Source of the DNA: a bacterium
Lineage (GTDB): Bacteria; Fidelibacterota; Fidelibacteria; Fidelibacterales; Fidelibacteraceae
Assembly: GCA_963676395.1 (NCBI GenBank)
Contig: OY781066.1
Location: 224,001-288,000 of the forward strand
Direction: 5' to 3'
Length of the DNA: 64,000 nt
The notes beneath the pieces were generated by a model. It worked only from the letters and a program-made list of their open reading frames with translations, searched no databases and was not told the DNA's origin. How positions within the stretch are numbered: position 1 is the stretch's first letter; each line of letters begins with the position of its first letter. A program made the position numbers and the translations under genes. This document shows, piece by piece, positions 56,183-64,000 of this stretch.

Positions 56183-58236
56183 TAGAATATAACCATAAAT
56201 CGCAACAAAAATATTCCAGCCGTATCTGGGCTGTCACCGGGATTATCCTGGCTGTTGCGTTTATTGTTATCATTCGTTTGTCTTCTATACAACTATTTGA
56301 TTCTCAAGGTTTAAAAAGCTATTCACAAAGTCAGGGATTCAGAACCGAAGATATTTTACCTGAACGTGGATTGATTCTTGACCGGAACGGGAATGTGTTG
56401 GCCGACAACATTGTCGTTTATAATATCGGCACCCGTTATATTGATTTACAAAAACCCGAATCTTGTTTTTCCTACATGGCACAGATTTTCGGACGCTCAA
56501 CGGAATTCTACAGAAATAAATTCAAGCAAGAAAAATCATTTTATGTGCTTGAAACACGCATATCGCCCGAATTAGTCGCAAAGATCAAAAACAATCCCGA
56601 TTGCCATGGTTTAAAATACGACAAAATAATGAGCCGTTATTATCCTTATAAAAATGCCGCCGGTCAGGTCTTGGGTTATATCAATGACCAAGGAGAAGGC
56701 AAGTCCGGAATTGAACAGTATTATGACAAAATATTAAAAGGCAAAAAAGGGAAACTTGTTATTCAGCGAGATAAGGGCGGCAATATTATCACATCGCAAA
56801 AATCTCAAAGTATTCCTGCTGTAAATGGCGGCAAGGTTCATACGACCCTGGATATTGAATACCAGATTATTCTCGAAGAGGAATTAGCAAAGACCGTTGA
56901 AAGCAATAAAGCCAAAAGCGGTATGGGCGTGATCATGGATCCAAAAACCGGTGAGGTTCTTGCCATGGCTAACTACCCTCTCTTTGATGCAAATAAATTA
57001 AAATATTCTACACCCGAAGTAAGAAAAAACCGAGTTATCATGGATCAATTTGAACCCGGCTCCATTTTTAAATTCTTACCGATAGCGGCCGCATTAGAAA
57101 AAAACTTGTTTACACCCTCCAGTCGTATTTTTTGCGAAAACGGGCACTGGAAAGTCGATAAATATACAGTACACGATACAAAAGAACACGATTGGCTGAG
57201 TTTAAAAGAGATCATGGTATATTCTTCAAATATCGGCGCAGGAAAAGTTGGGCAAAAACTCGGCAATCAAACATTATATGATTATTCAAGAAAATTTGGT
57301 TTTGGCGAATCCACAGCCATTGGCTTGTATGGTGAAAGTAACGGTTTACTGGAAGTCCCTGAAAAATGGAGTGGCGTTGCTTACTCACAGATCCCAATGG
57401 GACAAGGGATTGCAGTAAGCTTAATGCAAATGATATCTGCTTATTCCGCAGTTGCGAATGGTGGAATTCTACTCAAACCTTATCTTGTGACCAAAACTTT
57501 CAATGAAAAGAACAAGGTCAATTCCATGGCTAAAGTGACCCCTGTAAGACGTGCCATCACTAAAGAAACATCGGAAACTTTGCGCACAATGATGGAAGCT
57601 GTTGTTGATAGCGGTACCGGCAAAGGCGCCTATATTAAAGGTTACCATGTGGCCGGCAAAACAGGAACAGCTCAAAAAGCTGAGAATGGGAAATATTCAA
57701 ACCAAAAATATGTGGCATCCTTCATGGGGTTTTTCCCAGCAAATGACCCGGTACTCGTATGTGGTATCGTTGTTGATGAACCGCAATGGGGTCGCCATCA
57801 TGGTGCTACTTCGGCCGTACCGGCCGTTAAAAACTGCTTTAGCAGAATTATCAATACTCCCAATTTTAACACCCTTTATCCCCAAGTGGCTAAAAAGGGC
57901 TATGTTCCGGAAGTAAGCCAGGAGTCAAAGCGAAACAATCACAAAGAATTTACATCCTTATCTATGATCTATCGATCAAAGGGCAAGGAGAGTAAAGATA
58001 TTATCGGGCAAACAGAGACAGTTGATGAGACAGAGACAGAGGCGATCGACCCAAGCGAATATGACGTGCTTATGCCAAATCTTAAGGGTATGCACGTCTT
58101 AAACGCGGAAAAGAAACTGAGAGATTTCGGTTTGATCGTCCAAAAAAATGCGAGTCGAGGGAGAGTCGTCTCGCAAGAACCTAAAGCCGGCGCGTATTTA
58201 AAGCTTGGCGAAACATGTAAACTGGAAGCAAAGTAA
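56179..58236 (+). CDS. ftsI: class B penicillin-binding protein FtsI with C-terminal PASTA domain
   Basis: RG.ILDRNG, EPGSIFK (SxxK), SSN, KTGTAQK; MPNLKGM...VVSQEPKAG. Confidence 0.93.
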   Translation: MIEYNHKSQQKYSSRIWAVTGIILAVAFIVIIRLSSIQLFDSQGLKSYSQSQGFRTEDILPERGLILDRNGNVLADNIVVYNIGTRYIDLQKPESCFSYMAQIFGRSTEFYRNKFKQEKSFYVLETRISPELVAKIKNNPDCHGLKYDKIMSRYYPYKNAAGQVLGYINDQGEGKSGIEQYYDKILKGKKGKLVIQRDKGGNIITSQKSQSIPAVNGGKVHTTLDIEYQIILEEELAKTVESNKAKSGMGVIMDPKTGEVLAMANYPLFDANKLKYSTPEVRKNRVIMDQFEPGSIFKFLPIAAALEKNLFTPSSRIFCENGHWKVDKYTVHDTKEHDWLSLKEIMVYSSNIGAGKVGQKLGNQTLYDYSRKFGFGESTAIGLYGESNGLLEVPEKWSGVAYSQIPMGQGIAVSLMQMISAYSAVANGGILLKPYLVTKTFNEKNKVNSMAKVTPVRRAITKETSETLRTMMEAVVDSGTGKGAYIKGYHVAGKTGTAQKAENGKYSNQKYVASFMGFFPANDPVLVCGIVVDEPQWGRHHGATSAVPAVKNCFSRIINTPNFNTLYPQVAKKGYVPEVSQESKRNNHKEFTSLSMIYRSKGKESKDIIGQTETVDETETEAIDPSEYDVLMPNLKGMHVLNAEKKLRDFGLIVQKNASRGRVVSQEPKAGAYLKLGETCKLEAK

Positions 58237-59681
58237 TGAAACGCTTATCGACCATACTAAAAGCGCTTGATCTACCCTATCGTATCATGGGAGACGATGT
58301 TCAGATCGAGTCTATTTGTTATGACTCCAGAGTTGTTAAGGCTAACAGTTTATTTGTTGCCATAAAAGGTTACGCGCATGATGGGCATGATTATGTTGAT
58401 CAAGCTATCAAGAATGGAGCCGCTGCTGTCGTGATTGAGCGTGACATGGATATTCATGTCAGTAAATTGATCACGGCAGACACACGCAGAGCGCTGGCTG
58501 AATTAAGTTTTGAGTTTTACGGAACCCAATACAATAATTTTGATCTCTGTGGTATTACAGGTACAAACGGTAAAACTACCATGACTCATCTTTTATATCA
58601 GCTCTGTGAAGCTGATCAAAAGGTTCCGGCATTAGTAGGTACCTTAGGCATTAAAACACCATTTAAGCACATCGCAGGTGAAAGAACCACCCCCGAAAGC
58701 TCAGATCTGGCAAAATTATTTTATGATCTTGATAAAAAGATGATCGATTCCCTTTTCATGGAAGTTTCATCACATGCTTTAGCGTTAAAACGCGTTCATC
58801 ACTTACGTTTTGAAGCCGCCGCGTTTACAAACCTTACCCAAGACCATTTGGATTTTCATGAAAACATGGAAGATTATTTTAAAGCCAAATCGCAATTATT
58901 CTATCATTTAAACCCGGGTGCAAAATCCATAATCAATATCGATGATCCCTATGGGAAACGCTTGTATAATTCACTTGAGATCGCCAAGGTCAGTTATGCC
59001 GTAGATAACAATGAAGCCGATTACCATTATAAAGAATTACAACTGGGTGTAAAAGGTATACAAGGTGTACTTGTTACCCCGGAAGGACATATTAAAATCA
59101 ACGCTCCCCTGCTTGGCAAATTCAATGCCGAAAATATTTCCGGAGCGATTGCTATTTACCGTAGCATGTATCCAAATTCAGCATTAAAAATGGATGAATT
59201 TCATTTTAAATCCGTTCCAGGTAGAATGGAGACCATTATGACATCAAAGGCAACGGCGGTAGTTGATTATGCTCATACACCGGATGCCATGGAAAAAGCA
59301 TTAAAAGCAGCCTCAAAGATCGAAGATCGTAAAAACATTATTTGCGTATTCGGTTGCGGAGGTGACAGAGATAAAGATAAACGCTCTAAAATGGGTGCAA
59401 TCGCGGAAAAATACTCTAATACAATCATTATAACGAACGATAATCCCAGAAATGAAGATCCTCAAAGCATTGCAGACGAGATCTTAACGGGAATTAACGA
59501 TAAACAAGATGTTCGCATCTGTCTGGACAGGGCAAAAGCTATCAAAGAAGCGTGGATGTCATCCAAAGTGGGAGACATTCTGATGGTTCTGGGCAAAGGT
59601 GCCGAAACATACATGGAGATCAAAGGGCAACGACTTCACTTTGATGACAGAGAGAGACTACTGGAGCTAAAGCAGTTATAA
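58236..59681 (+). CDS. murE: UDP-MurNAc-tripeptide ligase (meso-DAP type)
   Basis: GITGTNGKTT, TTPES, MEVSSH, DHLDFH, DYAHTPDA, DNPR (DAP-specific), GKG.E. Confidence 0.96.
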   Translation: MKRLSTILKALDLPYRIMGDDVQIESICYDSRVVKANSLFVAIKGYAHDGHDYVDQAIKNGAAAVVIERDMDIHVSKLITADTRRALAELSFEFYGTQYNNFDLCGITGTNGKTTMTHLLYQLCEADQKVPALVGTLGIKTPFKHIAGERTTPESSDLAKLFYDLDKKMIDSLFMEVSSHALALKRVHHLRFEAAAFTNLTQDHLDFHENMEDYFKAKSQLFYHLNPGAKSIINIDDPYGKRLYNSLEIAKVSYAVDNNEADYHYKELQLGVKGIQGVLVTPEGHIKINAPLLGKFNAENISGAIAIYRSMYPNSALKMDEFHFKSVPGRMETIMTSKATAVVDYAHTPDAMEKALKAASKIEDRKNIICVFGCGGDRDKDKRSKMGAIAEKYSNTIIITNDNPRNEDPQSIADEILTGINDKQDVRICLDRAKAIKEAWMSSKVGDILMVLGKGAETYMEIKGQRLHFDDRERLLELKQL

Positions 59682-59696
59682 AAGATCCCTCTACCA

Positions 59697-59728
59697 CCCC
59701 GGTGTCGGGAGCCCTCCCGATACCGGGG
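59697..59728. repeat. GC-rich intragenic-spacer hairpin (REP-like) between murE and murF
   Basis: ccccggtgtcggga-gccc-tcccgataccgggg; no U tract. Confidence 0.8.
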
Positions 59729-59747
59729 ATCCTAAAAAGGAAAAGCT

Positions 59748-61100
59748 ATGAAAATGAGCTTACTTGAAAATCACGGGTCCTTTGTATTACGCAACATAGG
59801 TTTTGCGGAATTTTCGGGTGTCAGCATTGACTCACGAAATATACCCGAAGGTTACATTTTTTGTGCCTTAAAGGGTGAACATACCGATGGCCATAGTTAT
59901 GTTGCTCAAGCTCTTACGAACGGTGCAAAAGCTGCACTGGTCGATAAAAATTACGCAATGACCGCCGGAGGGGATGAAGCGTTGATCATAGTTGACGAAA
60001 CCTATCAGGGTCTCGTTGATATGGCGACAATCTACGCTCATGCAATAAGCGTTCCCATTCTTGCCATCACAGGCTCGGCGGGAAAGACCTCCACCAGGTC
60101 TCTCATTGCGCATGTTCTTCGCCACCATGGAATGATGGTTAGAGAGACACCGAAGAACTTCAACAACCATATCGGACTACCCATTTCTGTTTTACAAATT
60201 CATGAGAGAGATGAGATAGCAATATTAGAGATGGGTACTTCCGGTATAGGAGAAATTCGCAACCTATGTGAGATAGCTGTTCCTGATTATGGAATAATCA
60301 CCTCCATTGCACATGCACATATCGGAGGATTTGGTTCCATTGATAATGTACAAATAGCAAAATACGAATTATTGGATGCGGTTAAAGAAAACGGCATTTT
60401 ATTCATAAATAATGACGACCCCCGTGTTGCGGCTTATCCAAAAGATGAGCGTAAACGGATCACATATGCTATAAACAACGAAGCAGATGTAAAATTCGAT
60501 GTTATCGATATCGATAACATGGGAAAACATACCCTTGGTTTGGACGACACACACATGAAGTTGCAAAGCAGCGGCAGGGGTGCAGCCATTAATGCTGTAG
60601 TCGCTTATGCATTTGCAAGCACAATCGGGCTGGATGAGAGAGAGACCATCACAGCGATCGAGAGTTTCGAACCTGCGAGAGGCCGGGGTAAAATAGAGAA
60701 TTGGAAAGGCATTATACTAATCGATGACACGTATAATGCCAATCCTTTCTCTGTAAAAAACGCCATCCATGCTTTAGAGAAAATGGATGCTGATGGTAAA
60801 AAATTGATGGTTTTCGGCGATATGCTGGAAATGGGACCTGAAGCAAAGTCTTCCCATGTTGAAATTGGTCGAGAATGTGTTAAGGCGGGCATATCACATT
60901 TATACTGTCTTGGTAATGACAGTGTGCATACCGTCAATACGGCAAAATATGAAGGTATACCCTTTGCAAAGCACTTTTTAGAAAAAAAAGAGCTTGCCTC
61001 CACTTTAATGGACCATGTAGAACCGGGTGATATTGTTCTTTTCAAAGGATCGCGTGGAATAGCGACAGAAGAGATTATTACTCTAATAAAGGACATGTAA
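59748..61100 (+). CDS. murF: UDP-MurNAc-pentapeptide ligase
   Basis: IDSR, DGH.Y, ITGSAGKTST, NFNNHIGLP, EMGTS..GEI, DDTYNANP, GDMLEMG, KGSRG. Confidence 0.96.
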   Translation: MKMSLLENHGSFVLRNIGFAEFSGVSIDSRNIPEGYIFCALKGEHTDGHSYVAQALTNGAKAALVDKNYAMTAGGDEALIIVDETYQGLVDMATIYAHAISVPILAITGSAGKTSTRSLIAHVLRHHGMMVRETPKNFNNHIGLPISVLQIHERDEIAILEMGTSGIGEIRNLCEIAVPDYGIITSIAHAHIGGFGSIDNVQIAKYELLDAVKENGILFINNDDPRVAAYPKDERKRITYAINNEADVKFDVIDIDNMGKHTLGLDDTHMKLQSSGRGAAINAVVAYAFASTIGLDERETITAIESFEPARGRGKIENWKGIILIDDTYNANPFSVKNAIHALEKMDADGKKLMVFGDMLEMGPEAKSSHVEIGRECVKAGISHLYCLGNDSVHTVNTAKYEGIPFAKHFLEKKELASTLMDHVEPGDIVLFKGSRGIATEEIITLIKDM

Positions 61101-61101
61101 T

Positions 61102-62205
61102 ATGTTGTATCTATTGTTATATCCCCTACGGGATCAGATCACCTGGCTGAATATGCTGGGTTACATTTCATTCAGATCTGCAGCTGCAGCGATCACGGCA
61201 TTGCTCATATCCTTTTATTTTGGCCCTAAGATCATCAATTCACTCCGACGACATCATATCGGTGAAACTATTCGCTCCGATGGTCCACAAACCCACCAGG
61301 CCAAGGCCGGAACACCCACAATGGGTGGATTAATGATACATTTATCCGTATTTGTTCCTACCCTGCTTTGGGCAGATCTTAGTAACAAGTATGTTTTATT
61401 GATCATGTTTGTAACCTTTTGGATGGGTGCTATTGGTTTTATTGATGATTATCTGAAAGTCGTAAAAAAAATGAAAGAAGGTCTGGTAGCACGTTATAAA
61501 TTAATGGGACAAGTTGCCATAGGCATCATTGTTGCCGGTTTTATGTATTTATATCCATCTGATCCTAACTTGGTTACGGCAACAGAACTTCCATTTTTTA
61601 AAAATGTTATGATCAATTTTGGTGTATTCTATGCCCCGATGGTCATTCTATATATTACCGGATTTTCAAATGCGGTAAATTTAAGCGATGGTCTTGACGG
61701 ATTAGCTGCAGGACTAATGGCATTTTCTGGATTTGTGCTTTTAGGCATTTCCTATCTGTCCGGTCGTGTAGATTTTTCCAACTATCTTTCTATTCTTTAC
61801 TTGCCCACCACCGGTGAACTAACGGTTTTTCTTGCCGCAATGGTAGGTGGAATGGTTGGCTTTTTGTGGTTTAATTCGAGACCGGCAGAAGTCTTTATGG
61901 GCGATACGGGCTCACTCGCCTATGGGGCCGCTTTGGGAACCATAGCAATTTTATTAAAAAAAGAGATCCTATTTATTCTTGTTGGTGGTGTTTTTGTGAT
62001 CGAAGCCTTAAGCGTAGTTCTTCAAGTAGGTCACTTTAAATACACGAAATATAAAACGGGCACCGCAAAGCGTCTTTTTAAAATGGCGCCTCTGCATCAC
62101 CATTTCGAACAAAAAGGTTGGTCGGAATCAAAAGTAGTCATCCGATTTTGGATATTGGGTATTCTTTGCGCTTTAATGTCATTTGCAACATTCAAGATAC
62201 GCTAA
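61102..62205 (+). CDS. mraY: phospho-N-acetylmuramoyl-pentapeptide transferase
   Basis: KAGTPTMGG, GFIDDY, SNAVNLSDGLDGL, FMGDTGS, MAPLHHHFE. Confidence 0.98.
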   Translation: MLYLLLYPLRDQITWLNMLGYISFRSAAAAITALLISFYFGPKIINSLRRHHIGETIRSDGPQTHQAKAGTPTMGGLMIHLSVFVPTLLWADLSNKYVLLIMFVTFWMGAIGFIDDYLKVVKKMKEGLVARYKLMGQVAIGIIVAGFMYLYPSDPNLVTATELPFFKNVMINFGVFYAPMVILYITGFSNAVNLSDGLDGLAAGLMAFSGFVLLGISYLSGRVDFSNYLSILYLPTTGELTVFLAAMVGGMVGFLWFNSRPAEVFMGDTGSLAYGAALGTIAILLKKEILFILVGGVFVIEALSVVLQVGHFKYTKYKTGTAKRLFKMAPLHHHFEQKGWSESKVVIRFWILGILCALMSFATFKIR

Positions 62206-62217
62206 GAGGTTATAGTC

Positions 62218-63579
62218 GTGAAAGTCACAGATAAATACATCACAGTTTTGGGAGCCGGTAGAAGCGGAATATCCGCTGCTATCTTGCTTGCTCAGCAAGA
62301 AGCCAATGTGTTAGTCAGCGACAGCAATGCAGCTAATGAGACCCCTGACCTTATAAATATTTTCAACGAACACCATATTCAATATGAATTTGGTCAACAT
62401 AGCGCCAAAATACTTGAATCTGATTTTGTAATCCTTTCACCCGGTATTCCAACAACGTCTGCAGTAGTTCAGATGCTATATGAGCGTGATATCCCTGTTT
62501 ATTCGGAGATCGAAGCTGCATCGTGGTTCTCTGAAAGTCCCATTATTGCCGTCACGGGTTCCAATGGCAAAACCACAACAACAACCTTAATCGCCGATAT
62601 GCTTGAAAAATCAGGTATCCCGGCAGTCGCATGTGGTAATATCGGTCATTCTTTTTCCGAAGCGGTCTATACGGCCATTGTTCGCGGAATACATCCAATG
62701 TATGTCACAGAAGTCAGTTCATTCCAACTTGAAACCACTCGAGATTTTCATCCCAATGTGGCGGTATTATTGAATATTACTCCGGATCATCTCGATCGTT
62801 ATGATTCATTTTTAGATTATGCTTTAACCAAATGTAAGGTTTTATTAAACCAAGAAGAAAATGACTATGCGGTATTAAATCACGATGATAGTATTATCTG
62901 TGAACATGCTAAAACCAAAGCTTATGTCATTCCTGTGTCAAAGGAAAAACTTCCGGATTCTATCGCCTATTTTGATGGTGAAACATTTTCTTTCAAGCTT
63001 GAAGATTCATGGCATGAAATGAAAAAAGATGACATTAAGCTCTTTGGTATTCATAATGAATACAATATTGCTTCAGCGGCATCTGCGGTTTCACCTTTTA
63101 TCGATAATCCAAATGGTGTTTTTGAGTCTCTAAAACAATTTAAAGGTATCCCTCATAGAATAGAATTTGCCGGCGAAGTTGCCAATATCAGATTTTATAA
63201 TGATTCTAAGGGCACAAATACAGATTCTGTAAAAATGGCGATCCAAAGCTTTAAAAACCCGCTGCACCTCATACTGGGTGGCCGGGATAAAAACAGTAAT
63301 TTCAGAGAATTATCACCATATATCTCTTCTCAAGACAAAATCTATGTAATTGGTGAAGCTAGCGAAAAAATCATGGAGCAACTTAAAGAATTCTCGCCCA
63401 TGTCTTGCGGTGATATTGAAACTGCCGTTATGAAAGCATATCATTCGGCAAATCCGGGTGATGCCATACTGCTCTCCCCCGCCTGTACAAGTTTTGATCA
63501 ATATAAAAACTTTGAAAAGCGCGGAGATCATTTTAAAAAAATAGTAAAAACTATCATGGATATGGGAAATGAAGAATAG
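62218..63579 (+). CDS. murD: UDP-MurNAc-L-Ala:D-Glu ligase
   Basis: LGAGRSG, SPGIP, TGSNGKTTT, EVSSFQL, DHLDRY, NDSKGTN, LSPACTSFDQY..FE.RG. Confidence 0.97.
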   Translation: MKVTDKYITVLGAGRSGISAAILLAQQEANVLVSDSNAANETPDLINIFNEHHIQYEFGQHSAKILESDFVILSPGIPTTSAVVQMLYERDIPVYSEIEAASWFSESPIIAVTGSNGKTTTTTLIADMLEKSGIPAVACGNIGHSFSEAVYTAIVRGIHPMYVTEVSSFQLETTRDFHPNVAVLLNITPDHLDRYDSFLDYALTKCKVLLNQEENDYAVLNHDDSIICEHAKTKAYVIPVSKEKLPDSIAYFDGETFSFKLEDSWHEMKKDDIKLFGIHNEYNIASAASAVSPFIDNPNGVFESLKQFKGIPHRIEFAGEVANIRFYNDSKGTNTDSVKMAIQSFKNPLHLILGGRDKNSNFRELSPYISSQDKIYVIGEASEKIMEQLKEFSPMSCGDIETAVMKAYHSANPGDAILLSPACTSFDQYKNFEKRGDHFKKIVKTIMDMGNEE

Positions 63580-64000
63580 AATTGAATACCCTACAGCTTT
63601 TAAAGTCTTTTGGATCACTTTGATCCTTCTGATCTTTGCAGGAATGCTTATTTTGTTTTCCGCCAGCACCCGGGTTGCTTTTAATATTGAAGGAAATGCC
63701 AATTCTTTCTTTGAAAGTCATATTAAATATTTATTTATCTCAATGATGATCGGGTTCATCTTTTATTTATTTGATTATAAATCATTCAAGAATTTCACCT
63801 GGTTTCTTATCATCATTACGGCGGGAATCCTGATAATGACGCTCATTCACAAATATGCCAGCGGTAATTCTCATCCTGTACGTTGGCTCTCACTGGGCGG
63901 CAGAAATATTTTTCAATTGGCTGAAATAGTTAAATTTACCTTAATATTATATGTAAGTGCTTATCTTTCGAATCATGAAGAGACCATAAATACCTTTAGA
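63569..64000 (+). CDS. ftsW: FtsW (SEDS peptidoglycan glycosyltransferase), 3'-truncated by window edge
   Basis: My translation: MKNRIEY...GMLILFSAS...VRWLSLGG..FQLAEIVK; follows murD; frame open to the window end. Confidence 0.85.
   Translation, partial: MKNRIEYPTAFKVFWITLILLIFAGMLILFSASTRVAFNIEGNANSFFESHIKYLFISMMIGFIFYLFDYKSFKNFTWFLIIITAGILIMTLIHKYASGNSHPVRWLSLGGRNIFQLAEIVKFTLILYVSAYLSNHEETINTFR

Noticed and set aside
869..63702. Numerous short ORFs in the track nested in or antisense to long genes (e.g. 51884..52384, 60605..61096, 26678..27076, 27157..27369)
   Set aside because: Shadow frames of well-supported genes or of tRNA-Leu, with no independent motifs.

Overview
A 64-kb, AT-rich bacterial chromosomal segment in standard genetic code. 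It most likely comes from an FCB-group lineage such as Marinimicrobia or Ignavibacteria; this is an inference from two secreted proteins with YPNP/YPQP T9SS type-A-like C-terminal domains and a dcw cluster that retains murF. Core genes: 5'-truncated glycogen phosphorylase, a DEAD-box helicase, glmM-deoC-tRNA-Leu-L,D-transpeptidase-rfbC-hemW, folE, tRNA-His/Pro/Arg, a pyrimidine cluster with two fusions (PyrB-PyrI and PyrD-PyrK), and the dcw cluster from mraZ to a partial ftsW. Accessory content: many lipoproteins and secreted proteins, often as local paralog pairs, two of them pairing a short base module with a long version carrying glycan-type domains. There is also a GntR/YtrA ABC operon, a stand-alone E2-like acyltransferase lacking the catalytic His, and an SLC12-like cation-chloride cotransporter. 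Intergenic DNA holds several families of heptamer tandem repeats and REP-like palindromes, with a nested mosaic at about 39.9-40.25 kb. I found no integrase, transposase, CRISPR array, reverse transcriptase or rRNA. All family assignments come from motif recognition by eye, not database searches. Where a downstream ATG with an RBS or signal peptide fits better, I moved the start from the ORF track.
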